Positions 1-11,060 of a stretch of DNA of 64,000 nt are shown here, one piece after another. The DNA comes from Callorhinchus milii. Taxonomy: Eukaryota. Under the pieces are notes generated by a model. That model had not been told where the DNA came from and ran no database searches. It saw nothing but the letters and a program-made list of their open reading frames with translations. Location: NCBI RefSeq assembly GCF_018977255.1, contig NW_024704743.1, forward strand, positions 28,212,001-28,276,000, read 5' to 3'. The position numbers and the translations under genes are program-made. Each line of letters opens with the position of its first letter. Positions within the stretch are counted from its first letter, which is position 1.

Positions 1-577
1 CATGAAAAAAAGTCTTTGACAATCTTTTTGTATTTGGAGAAAAAACTTGCCTTTGTTTGTTTACAGACACTCTTTCTCACAGGTGTGTCTCTTTCAAAGC
101 TCAGTTTGCTATCTTTCAAACTCATTGTTTAAAAGTTGATAGGAAAAGTACAAGTTTTAGGGACTATGTGTAAGGAAGGACTAGTCTGCTCCCTTCCATT
201 TCTGAGACCCAAATTTCAAGTTTATTCCAACTAAAGGGATGACAATCTCAACTGTCTGATGGCTGTAAAAATCATAAATCAAATGAATTTAGGCTATTCG
301 ATAAGCCCGTAGCATAAATCAATTCATAATTTAATGTTCTTTAGCACAAAATAGGGCAGGTTTTCCCAGTGGAGCTTCAAGGACAACTGTTGTGTTAAAT
401 GAAGAGTCACGCTGATTCAGGAAGAAAGAGCTTTGCTTTGAGGCTGAAGCTGAGGCACATTGTTGAGACAGATCTGAAAGTTGATGAAGCTGGTTATGAA
501 GAGTATAAAATGTTACATTAAAAAAAGATATTTGGGGCATAGTAAATCACTGTGTGCAACGTTTCTGTTCCCCACAG

Positions 578-727
578 GAGTACAAGCGGAAACTAGCCAA
601 GGTCACACAAGTGCGAAAAGAGCTGAAGTCCCACATCCAAAGCTTGCCTGATCTTTCCCAGCTTCCAAATGTGACGGGGGGACTAGCACCATTGCCCTCT
701 GCAGGCGATCTGTTCTCCACCGATTGA
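578..727 (+). CDS. RPRD1B: Terminal coding exon of an RPRD1-family gene (regulation of nuclear pre-mRNA domain-containing protein), RPRD1B/CREPT-like C-terminus
   Basis: Acceptor ttctgttccccacag ends at 577, then EYKRKLAKVTQVRKELKSHIQSLPDLSQLPNVTGGLAPLPSAGDLFSTD and TGA (725-727). Matches my recollection of the human RPRD1B C-terminus (...KSHIQSLPDLSLLPNVTGGLAPLPSAGDLFSTD). Paralog assignment is not certain. Confidence 0.8.
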   Translation, partial: EYKRKLAKVTQVRKELKSHIQSLPDLSQLPNVTGGLAPLPSAGDLFSTD

Positions 728-1209
728 TACTGCATCACTCTTCTTAAATAACTTTTGAAAAGGACAGAAAGATTGCACAATTTTCAGAGCTCCATATTTC
801 CCTTGTTTTAAGACAGATCAGACCTATAATTGCTGCAGTACTATTTTTCTATATCCATAAGATCACAGTCCTTAGAGTAGATATGATCAAAATAAAGATG
901 AACGAAAAAGCGATCTACTGTTTGCAGAATGAGGCAGTTGATGGATAAACAGTGTATGCAACCGGTCATTCAATGAGTCAATGAACGTCAAGGCATGTAA
1001 CGTAATGACTTAAGTGTCTTGTGAAAGGCATAGTGTTTTGTTAGTTGGAAAGATTTGTGTTATACTTGGTTCAGTAGGCAGCCTGGTTGGCATAGTACAT
1101 AACTGAGTGCTGTATGACTGGCTCTGTCCTATTACAGTAGCAGCCCTCCCAACTTTGCATTTCTTGGAAACCACAGCAGATCTAACTGTGAAGAGGTATA
1201 AGAGATATT

Positions 1210-1290
1210 GAAGGAAGGAAGGGATGGAAGGAAGAAAAGGTAAGGAAGGAAAGGAAGGAAAGGGAAGGAAAGGAAGGAAAGGGAAGGAAT
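1210..1290. repeat. (GGAA)n-type purine-rich microsatellite
   Basis: gaaggaaggaagggatggaagg... seen directly. Confidence 0.95.
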
Positions 1291-1494
1291 CGATCAATCA
1301 ATGGTTACTTGTCAAACAATCAGCATTCTTACTAATACCCAAACAAGTGCACAAAATCACTTTGGGATTCTGGTACAATCGCTGAACTCTGAAACAAATA
1401 CAGTAACTGTGCTGATCAAGTTTTAAGAATGTATTTCTTTCAGAGCAACAACTGTAGATGCACACTTGAATTGGACATGTTTCGCTCACTGTGA

Positions 1495-1815
1495 AATAAT
1501 AATAATAATAATCCTTGCATTTGATATAGCGCTTTTCACGTCGGGAGGACGTCCCAAAGCACTTCACAGAACACACTGTAAAGTGAATTGACTGTATATT
1601 TGTGGGCGAACGCGGCAGCCAATTGTGCACAGCAATGTCCCACAAACAGTCATGGATGAAAACTACCAATTTATTATTGTTTTGTTTTTTGGAGGGATTA
1701 TTATTAGGCTCTGTGTGGAGTAAGGAAACTTGCCCAAGGTTTCGCCCTGTTTGGAATTGAACTCGGGTCTCTCGCTTGCAAAGCGAGTGCTCTAACCACT
1801 GAGCTACAGGACTCC
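1495..1815 (-). mobile_element. Young tRNA-derived SINE, full length, short subfamily
   Basis: Reverse strand: tRNA-like head ggagtcctgtagctcagtggttagagc...gagttcaattcc (A/B boxes), body tgtgggacattgctgtgcacaattggctgccg, L2-like tail ...gcgctatatcaaatgcaagg(att)n; many near-identical copies in the window. Confidence 0.92.
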
Positions 1816-2028
1816 AAATGTATGTTGAACTTTATATAGAGGTATGTGGAAAAGGCAGGGCATTGGGAATAAAAATTTGCCAAGATTTAATCAGCTGGTG
1901 GAACAGGCATAAGGGGCCGAAAGGCTTCTTCCTGTTTATATTTTCCCATGTTCCTAAAAAAAATCCCCCACTCTATACGTGTTGCAGCTGACTCAGCGTC
2001 TGGTGCTACTTACTTTGTTTGGATGGAT

Positions 2029-2139
2029 GCTACATTTCGCCCTCAAAATATACAGTCAATTCACTTTACACTATATTTGTGAAGTGCTTTGAGACGTCTC
2101 AAAGACGTAATAAGGCGCTATATCAAATGCAAGCATTAT
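2029..2139 (+). mobile_element. 5'-truncated SINE 3' end
   Basis: tacagtcaattcactttaca...gcgctatatcaaatgcaag matches the full SINE copies. Confidence 0.85.
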
Positions 2140-3100
2140 ATGACTACATGTTGAATTTGAGAATAGCCATACACCTCTGGACTGTGAACACTGTATCACA
2201 ACTGGCTTTTATAGAAAATAGAAGCAGCAGTTTGCGAGATCACACAGCAAGTATGTTGTTTGAAGTTTTCATTTTTTTTCACTCCCTATTCAGGTAGTTA
2301 AAGAAATAGAATGAAGTTCCGTTTTTTTTTCTGAGCACAATTTACTGAAGTTTAAACAAAATATTCTGACTCCTAGGAGCAGCATTGTCATGAAGTTTCA
2401 ATACCATATTTGTTGGCCTTGTTGGTTCAATTTTAACGTTGAAAGAAAACACAAGAATATATTTTGCACTCTATGGAATCTTAAAGTACTTTCGGTTGAA
2501 AGTATTCACGACAGAACAATTGCTCCCTTGTGTTAACACCATTGGTCTCTTTCAATAATCTAATGTAATTATTGATCTAAAAGATATCTGTACATATTTA
2601 GTAGATTGCAATCTTTCCAATCTAGCAAAATTCTGTAACAAACCTCTCTTTCATTACTGTAAAAAAAATTATGTTGTAAATTTTGGTAAACTGAATTTCT
2701 TTTGCAGGTTTAAAAATGTAGATGCATTATGAATTCAAATTCTTAAGACTTTTCCGATGAGATCTATTTCCAGTAGAAGCATAGACAAAATATGTCTATA
2801 CTTTCCATTCAAGGAATATCGAAGTGAAGAAATCCCAATCAGAGATGAGGACAATAAACACAAAAAAAACTTGAAGGATAATATCGCTGTTAACATTCAA
2901 ACGTCCTGTTACGGGACAAAGAAACTTTTAGGTGCAACTGTTGGATGGTAATCTGCTTGGGTTCAGTGTTCCTCCATCTTGTCTCTCAATTTTATTGGAC
3001 TTTCTTTACTGATGGATTCCCATACACTTCAAGTGTTCTGCAGTGTATAACATGTATGGAATAGTAGAACAACAGATAATTTAATTTATGGTATTCTGTG

Positions 3101-3119
3101 AATAAAATTTTTAAATAAA
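3101..3119 (+). terminator. Candidate poly(A) signals for the RPRD1-family gene
   Basis: Two AATAAA hexamers (aataaaatttttaaataaaa) about 2.4 kb after the stop; no transcript evidence. Confidence 0.3.
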
Positions 3120-5129
3120 AACAGTATAGTTTATGCAGGACATTCCCAAAATGTATATCCAATATGGAATATGTATATTCATAGAGGGCATTGACTTGAA
3201 GGGAAAAATATGTAGTTGTGCTGCAGATTGAAAAGTAGTTTATTTAGAAAAGTGTTATCTATTGATAAGGTAATTTAAAGTGCTTTAAATGTCAAAACGT
3301 TTACACAGACTAGTCACGGAGTTATTAAACAGACCCATTGTAATGAATAAGCACCTGATTCGATTCCTAAAGGTAAAGTTAATCTTTTCAAGTGAAAATT
3401 GTGTATTTCAACTAGAAATGTATAAATATGAGCCAAGCGTATCCTGGGTACACACATAACTGAAACCAAACCGACTTATACATAAATCAATGCAATATTG
3501 GTTATTAAAGCTGTTGTCCCTCATGTTTTTTTTAAATGTTTTATTAATACATGTTGTTATCTCGCTTTATTTCACAATCCCGATCCTCAAATAAAATGAA
3601 ATATCTGATCAATGCTATGTAGCAATGTAATAGTCTGCAGTGAACCTCAGGGAAGGTAGGATCCCTTTTCTGATTCCCACCACAATGTAAAGAAGTGCAA
3701 GAGTTTGAATGTTAGATGAGAATAGAATCGTGCTTAGCTGTGATGGCTGATAAACATTAAAAATTGCGACTCGGGTGAAGTAACAGAGCTGCCAGTGCAT
3801 CTGAAAACAAGTGTGCCGGTGGGGAAAGGCCTAATCAAAGAAATCTCAGTGTGTGTACCATCTTGGAGATGTGCTGATTCAGATCCTTTCCCCACTCCTC
3901 CACAGCTCTTGAGTAGAGATAAGCATGTACTACTGCAGAGATCTATCCCTTGGAGGATAGAAAATTAGAGGAGAATCCTGCAGTGGTGTTCATTTTCCTT
4001 CAATAGCTGGACGTACAGTGGAATTCACAGTGACCTGAAAGCAGGATTCCCCTCCACTCAGACTTTCAACCAAAACAGATACTCAGCCGACAAAACCTGC
4101 AAGAAGTATATAGGGTTGGGGTAGGCTGAAAGAATGTTATTTTTGGAGAATAAATAAAAATGAAAGTCTTGAGATTATTTAAAAATTGAGCTTTATTGCA
4201 CAGGGTACCACATTTTTACAACTATACACTTAACAGGCATGCACTGATATAGATTACAGAGCTAAAGGAGAAGGGAAGTCTAGAGGAGGAATTAAAAAGT
4301 GCTCTCCCTGATTCATTTAGCAAAAGAAAAATATTTCAGTGCCAACTGAACATTCCAAGCCCCAAAAAGGATGCTGTTTTGAGCCACTTACTAACAGAAC
4401 CAGTAGCCCACGTTAGCTGAATAGCATTGTGATCAATTTAAGACTCATGAGTCACTGAGGTCCAAAATATGAATGTCTCAATCTGATATTGCAATTAAAC
4501 CCACTTTGCAAATATTGTGTTTTAAACGTTTCTAAGGTGAGGTTATTTTACCGTGTGGGTTGCAAGGTATTGATAATGGGATGTCTACCACACAAGGTGA
4601 CCGAAGAGAGAAAGGGTGCTAAGAAAAACCAAGACACACATCTTCTAGTGTTTTAATAAAGCTATAGTTTAAGGTGGAGTTGTTCTACCAAATCCTAGTG
4701 CATTTATAATACGTGGGAAATACTAATAATAATCAAAGCAATTTAGTGATGTTGTTTGAAGTGGTTTGGGCCTAGGTATATATTTGACCCTGCAAAAGAC
4801 TGGGAAGGTTATTTTTTTAAAAATGTTCAAGATACTGTGCTCTAAACATTTACGCTGCCGAGATGGACCCCTGCGATGAAAATCTATCCAGCAGCTCAGA
4901 CTCTGGAAAATGTAACCAAGTTCATTTGTGAAGCTATCAGCACCTGCTATAGAAACAACAAAGAATTAAGATTGGGTCAAGATTAGACAGCAGAATAATC
5001 CTTGTTTCTTCCACATTTCAATTGTTAAAGGAAAGTTTGTGGATGTGTGCTGAGTTTGAAGAGGCTGTGCCACAGAACAACACTGTAGGAGGAAGTGATG
5101 GTGTGCTAGATCTACCGCCAAAAGCCCTT

Positions 5130-5568
5130 CACTATACAGAGTTGTCAGCCATGCAAAGGAGCTGAAACTGAGGATATTTCCAGTGCCACAGCAGCCAGGA
5201 AGTGAGCAAGAAAAATCACGCAACTACCTGTGGGATTATTGGAAGTACAGTAGTAAAATCTACATCCAATAGAAACCAGCAGCTCGCTTTGTTCCAGCAC
5301 TTAGGATGGAAGCGGCCTGGGAAGAGATTGGCATGAACATAATCTTGAAATACAGAAATCTGTGGCCCCACTTCAGGACTACAAAGTACATTTTCTACTC
5401 AACTACATTGTGAAGACAGACAATCCTGTGATTTTGGATGATGATGTTACTGATAATTCTAACAGTACATAGTTTGTGCAACCTTTATCATCCCTTATTA
5501 CCTTACATCGCCGGCTGCATAAGGCTGCATATTCCTACATGCACTACTTTCTCAATGGGCAGGAATAA
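5130..5568 (+). pseudogene. Possible heavily decayed Gypsy/Ginger-type integrase fragment
   Basis: Hand translation across stops and frameshifts gives PALRMEAAWEEIGMNI..., KYIF and ...HKAAYSYMHYFLNGQE, in the order of the integrase motifs P..V..PWE.IGMD, KYI and AYHPQTNG; weak similarity. Confidence 0.3.
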
Positions 5569-6155
5569 TTATGTATAATAATCGTGCACTAAATTTCATT
5601 GTTACTGGAAACGATTATATGTACTGCATATTGTTGCAGTGTTTGTAATGTTCAAACCATTGGAAAGATAGCACACAATTTAGAAGCCTTTTTTCACTGG
5701 TAACGCCCCTACAATATTTCTGAATAAACTGTAAACTGCATAAACAAGTTTCAATAAAGGATTTTATTGCTATAAGAACATGTATTATCTATAATTAAAA
5801 CGTTCTAGCACAGTAAATAAGCAACCAGATACAGGGCATAATTTGATCATTTAATGTATGTTAACATTACTTTTTAAATGTTTCTTTTTTCTGACCCCAA
5901 TTTATTTAGTCCCTGATTCGGGTATTGTAACGTTGATGCACTGTTTAGTAATATTGAAGCAGGATGGTATTTGATATTTCCAAAATGGACCTGGGCCTTG
6001 CTCTGCGATAGTCCATTCACAATCAAAACCTGATGCTAATCAACATCTTTAACACTATCTAACTAAAAAATTGAAACTGAGCCTTTATCATAACTCTATT
6101 CCTTTTGCCTGGAATACTTTGGCTGTGAACTGTTTTTCTCACACCACCACAAATC

Positions 6156-6285
6156 GTGCAATTGTCTGCTGCATTTCACTCACAAAATATACAGTCAATT
6201 CACTTTACAGTATATTCTGTGAAGCGCTTTGAGACATCTCGAAGACGTGATGAGGCGCTATATCAAATGCAAGGATTATTATTAT
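6156..6285 (+). mobile_element. 5'-truncated SINE 3' end
   Basis: Same tail sequence ending aaatgcaaggattattattat. Confidence 0.85.
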
Positions 6286-6514
6286 CATACATGACTTTTG
6301 TGATTTTATCCCTTATCCCATCATGTCAAACAATCGTTTTTTATTCAAAGAATACTTCGTAAAAAAGTAGACCTCACTGCCTGAGAAGCAAGAGGAATCT
6401 TGGAGGAGAGCAACGAGAAGATCACGATCTTGTGATAAGTTCTGCAATTTCAAATGAGTGGAAGAAGCAGCAACTGAACAATATGACATCGTTGTTCCAT
6501 ATTCGAGGTGAGTG

Positions 6515-6935
6515 GAAGCACTGCCGGTTACATTTCTTGGCCATACATACCAGCCCCAGGTTTGAAACCTGGTCTGTGCTGAGTTAACTGATATCACTTG
6601 GAACTCCACAATTAGCTTCAGCACTCTTGGTTAAGAAAGCGAAAATTGGCAATGCGTGTCATTCTTGTGCACTATCCAGTGACCCCTGCTGGAAGATGCA
6701 TGTGTGTGAGAACAAGACTGGGTGTGGCTGTGATCTAACATGATCTAACAGTTTGATACTCACTGATACCAGCGTCTTGGGATGTCCTCCCGACGTGAAA
6801 GGCGCTATACAAATGTAATTTGTTGTTATTGTTGATGCTCACTGTCACGGTTCACACCAGTGACAGCATGAGAGACCGCCACCTGTAGGACAGATTTAAA
6901 CGCCTTTAGGAAAGAAGGGCAGAAAATTGAGGAAG
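6515..6935 (+). mobile_element. Old SINE-like element interrupted by an L2 tail (about 6766-6832)
   Basis: B-box-like ccaggtttgaaacc, body ctatccagtgacccctgctgga; related minus-strand pieces at about 46380-46600 and 52565-52680; inserted tail flanked by tgatactcactg / tgatgctcactg. Confidence 0.55.
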
Positions 6936-8034
6936 AAGAAAGGGAATAGTGACAGACGATACCGCTTATTGCTGTAGTTTCTATATATAACAGATAAGAA
7001 AGAATATTATTTTTTACAGTGACATGACAAAATGTCTCATCGCGCTTTATAGTGATTACTGTAAGTGTAATGTTTTTGTTAACAAAGCAGTAGCCATTCA
7101 TGTCAGCAAAGTTCTGCAAACAGCAATGAGGAAAACAACCAATTGATCTGGAGGATTGTTTACCTGGAAAAATGCAGCAAACGGTTATTCTGTAATTTTC
7201 GAAAAACTGTATCAGCAAGTTAGTGTTTGTTTCCTAGTTGTTTCTACTCTGGTTTGTGTTCTCCCTCCTAAAGAAGCAGGACCAAATGTAAATGCTTCTG
7301 TTGATTTATTTTAAATAAAGGCCATGTAGCCAGTGTAATATTTTGTATTAAGTGTGTGTGTGTTTTACATGTGCGAGATGGGAGAGGGGAAGTTGGGGGA
7401 TGGGGGAGTGGGGAAGAAAATTGGTGCTTTCAAATAATTGTACGTGGATGAACAGCTCAGCCTGCATAAGCAGCGTGGAGGCCAACAGGATGTTCCCAAT
7501 TTTCTTTTCATTAAAATAAATTAATTGATGAGGGGTGTTTCTTTCGGACAAAGTTCAAAAATAATGCTCCTGTAATACACTGTAGTAGTTATTAAAATTG
7601 AAATCTTCACCTACTAGAATGTAGTAATCTTCACCTACAACTACTGGATTGTTTGTAGGATTTCCCGTTGCCTATCAAAATCCAAACATTTCAAATCATA
7701 GAAGGGGAAATATGCAGGAACTGGTGGGATTCATGAAGCAGACTGGTGTTTGTTGAGTGGAGAGCAAGGTCTGCACAGTGAGGTGTTAAGCTATTGGGAT
7801 GACCCAGAGGTAGAGCAAGGCAAGACTATATATATATATATGTATCGTTATATTTCCCCCTAGAGTGACATGCAGAAGAAACTGAGAGGTAGCGTCATCA
7901 TATGGGATACGATGACACTACTTTGATAAGTAAAAAAACTTTCACTTCTAAATAGCTCCTTTCTCAAAGGATAACATCTTCTTGAAGCATTTTACAAAGT
8001 CGATGGATCACTGAACAGAGTAGGAAAAAGAGTA

Positions 8035-8285
8035 CAATTTACATTCATATAGTGTCTTTCACATCAAGGAGATGTCTCAAAGTGCCTTTTGCAGCTGGCT
8101 GACCATTTGAGCCAGGGGTGGGAGCTAAAGAGGGTTGGGAGGGGAAAGATGACTGAAAACCACAGTTAAAGAAGCAAGTTTTGAGCCAAGCCTTGAAACT
8201 GGGGAAGGAGGCAGTAAGCCAGAGAAACTCCAGCATGGAGTTTCAGGGAGCAGAATGATTGACAGTTCGCCCATCAGTGGTATGA
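8035..8285 (-). mobile_element. L2 LINE 3' end, decayed
   Basis: Reverse strand encodes FPSFKAWLKTCFF (L2 ORF2 C-terminal FK..LKT.LF motif) followed by the family tail. Confidence 0.75.
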
Positions 8286-8483
8286 AATATAAAGCTTTGA
8301 GGATATAGCTGTACTTGAGTGAGGGATGTGATAATTGATGAATGAATCAATGAATGAATCAATCAATCAATGAAAGGGTACAGAACCAAGGTACGCAGCA
8401 CATGTGCATGTCTATCGTAAAAACAGGCCCAAGAGGATGCGAAAAACCTTTTGGATTTTATTACTGTTTGTATTGCTTAGGTG

Positions 8484-8835
8484 TAATAATAATAATCCTT
8501 GCATTTGATATAGCGCTTTTCACGTCTTCTTGATGTCACAAAGAGCTTCACAGAATATACTGTTAAGCGAATTGACTATATTTGTGTGCAAAGCACGGCA
8601 GCCAATTGCTCACAGCAGTAACCCACAGACAGTCATGGATTGAGTTTTTTTTTAGGGATTATTATCCCCAGAAAAGCGATCCACCAATCGACTAACATCC
8701 AGGTTCCTACTTACTGCTAGGTAAACAGAGACGTGTGGAGTAAGGAAACTTGCCCAACATTTCACCCTGCTGGGTATAGAATCCAGGTCTCTCGCTTGCG
8801 AGGCAAGTGCTCCAACCACTGAGCTACAGGACTTC
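8484..8835 (-). mobile_element. Young tRNA-derived SINE, full length, long subfamily
   Basis: Same head and tail plus an extra internal segment ctgtttacctagcagtaagtaggaacc...gattggtggatcgcttttc. Confidence 0.92.
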
Positions 8836-9412
8836 TGTGTATACAAAAATGGCAGTGGGTACAAAGGTTACACAAGCTGCACAAATTTCTCCATCAGATT
8901 TGCTGCTTTCTGGGTGATATTAGGTTGTAGCTAACTGCAGTGCTTTTCAGACTGGTGGATAATTTTTTTTAAGGTGTTTCCCGTTATATATCTTTTGAAA
9001 ATGTTCTCCCTTCTTTCAGATATTTCTGGGAACCTGCTAACTCTGGCCCTTAGAGTGGGCAATGCATCTTGTGGGTCAGAGATGCATGAGAGTGAGGATG
9101 TTTCTCATTTCTATGGTCCTGCTTAGCTTTATATGAAAATAACATATATATGGGATAGTACCCTAATTCAGATTGAGCAAATTGGGCCAATATCCCTTGA
9201 CTAAACTTGGAAACACTGCATTTTGCATTCAAAAATGATTCCTGCTAACTTGTGATTGAAGAAGGTAGCATCCAGTGCTTTTCAGACTGGTAGACCATTA
9301 ATTAGAAGTCAGGGATAAAACAAAGTATATTTAGAAATACTCAAATTTTATCCTGATCCACCTAATGAGGGCTCAAACCTACCATTCACCTAGTGAGGGC
9401 TCAATCCCTTGT

Positions 9413-10070
9413 CAACAACACAACTTGCATTTATATAGGGCCCTTCATGTGGGGTAGCATCCTAGAGCACTTTACAGTGGTGGTGTCTGACAACGAGCCA
9501 AAGGTAGGGGGAAGGTGGAGATGATCATAAGCATGATCAAAAAGGAAGGTTTTTAGGCAGGATTTGAAGTTGGGGGTTGAGGGGACAATGCGGAGGAATT
9601 GAGGGACAGAGTTCCAGAGTTTCGGGGTATAGTGGCTGAAGACATGGCCACCGATGGTGGAACGGGGTGGGGTAGATGATGGACAGACAGGAGTCCGGAG
9701 CCAGCTGAATGGATGAAGTGGTTGGTGGAGTTGGGGGTAAGCAGGTCAGGTAAGTAGGGCGGTTCGAGGGAATGAAGTGGTTTGAAAACAAGCAAGAAGA
9801 TCTTGAAGTCGATTCAGGGATTGGGAGCCAGTGGAGCCTGGCAAGGACTGGTGTGATAGGGGTACAGAGTTTCTTGCGGGGTGTATCTGGGTGGCGGAGT
9901 TTTTAATTAATTGGATTTTGTGTATGGTAGAGCTGGGGAAACCAGCGAGGAAGGCATTCGAATAGTCCAGCCGGGAAGTGGCAAAGCCGTGGACGAGGGA
10001 TGTCGAATGACCAACTAGTGACTATCCTCCTTGGCGGTGGGTAGGTTGAGGGAGGGGCGTTAAGCGAGGT
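9413..10070 (-). mobile_element. L2 LINE 3' portion
   Basis: Reverse-strand peptides LVFKPLHSLEPPYLPDLL and SRLDYSNAFL (typical of the L2 ORF2 end); (caa)n tail at about 9413. Confidence 0.85.
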
Positions 10071-10690
10071 CTCCTTGGAGCTGAACTGGCTTCAAGGTAA
10101 CATATTTAGCAATGGCATGTCGGAATCGAGCCAGCCCACTGTGGCAGGCTGAACCAGGCAGGTCCGCAGTATTCCAGGACACTGCTGATGATAGCACAGC
10201 CAGCCTGGCTCATCGGCAGGACCTGGAATGGCAGACCAGTCACTGGAGGCAGGCAATCCTCCCACTCGGCTCCTGTTAACCCTGCAGCCAAAACCCTTAC
10301 AGGTCAGGTGGTCCTAGCTGGACGAGCAGCAGGAAAGCTTGCCAAGCAGTGATGTCAATGGCAAGCTATGCGGTTTTAGCGGGTTAGATTTACCCCAAAG
10401 CACACTCTGGGGTCCCCAGGTCTTGGCTCTTGCCAACCTGCGCCTAATATTTTAGGTGAGGAGGTTGCGTTCCTCCAGGGAGAGAGTGTGCTGTCCATTC
10501 CAACAACGGCAATCTCTCTCTGGAGTTTCCCTGTGTAGGTAGAATGCATAGAATTCTCAGTTTAGTTTGGATGCTTTCAACAACGACGACAACTTGGATT
10601 TATATAGCTCCCTCCACGCCGGACGGCGTCTCAGAGTGCTTTTCAAGCATGGTGATGGGTTTCCACATGTGCCAGACACTCGTCTGATAA
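10071..10690 (+). repeat. Unclassified ~600-bp interspersed repeat, copy 1 (contains a small L2-tail insertion at about 10577-10641)
   Basis: Collinear similarity with 42976-43540 (+) and 28365-28890 (-); shared end ctcagttt(a/g)gtttggat...aagcatggtgatgggtttccacatgtg. Confidence 0.85.
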
Positions 10691-10709
10691 TCCTCAACGT
10701 ATCCCCTCT

Positions 10710-11060
10710 TTTTAATAGATTCCAGTCTTCGGAAATAGTCTCTCTCTACTTACCCTTCAAAACTATTCATCATTTTTAATTCCTCTGATGGAGTACATTA
10801 ACCTCTAATTCTAACAAAACCTTCATCCCTGGTATCAGCTCAGTAAATCTCTACTGTGATGTCTTGTCTTTAATGTGGTGCCTGCAACTACACATAGACA
10901 GTACTCCAATTGAAGCCTGCCCAATATCGTGTACATTTTACCTCCTTGCTATTATATTCAATACCCTATATGTAAAATCTAAATTATCGTTACATTTTCA
11001 TGGCCTTATCTACTTGTACTGTTACCTTAAAAACTTGTATATTTGTACGTGGTTCTCTTT
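10710..11060 (-). mobile_element. CR1 LINE fragment, decayed
   Basis: ccttcatccctggtatcagctcagtaaatctct...actgcacaca-like...gtactccaa pattern is shared with other CR1 remnants (48730-48835). Confidence 0.55.

Noticed and set aside
547..780. 77-aa minus-strand ORF
   Set aside because: Antisense shadow of the RPRD1-family exon on the + strand.
2690..2951. Acceptor-like tttcttttgcag (ending 2707) and ORF 2757-2951 as an alternative RPRD1 last exon
   Set aside because: All three frames stop within a few codons of the AG and there is no similarity to RPRD1 proteins; a UTR exon cannot be excluded.
728..8000. C18orf21/RMP24 on the minus strand (expected if the first gene were RPRD1A with human synteny)
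   Set aside because: I found no matching peptide in the ORFs or stretches I translated; not exhaustively excluded.
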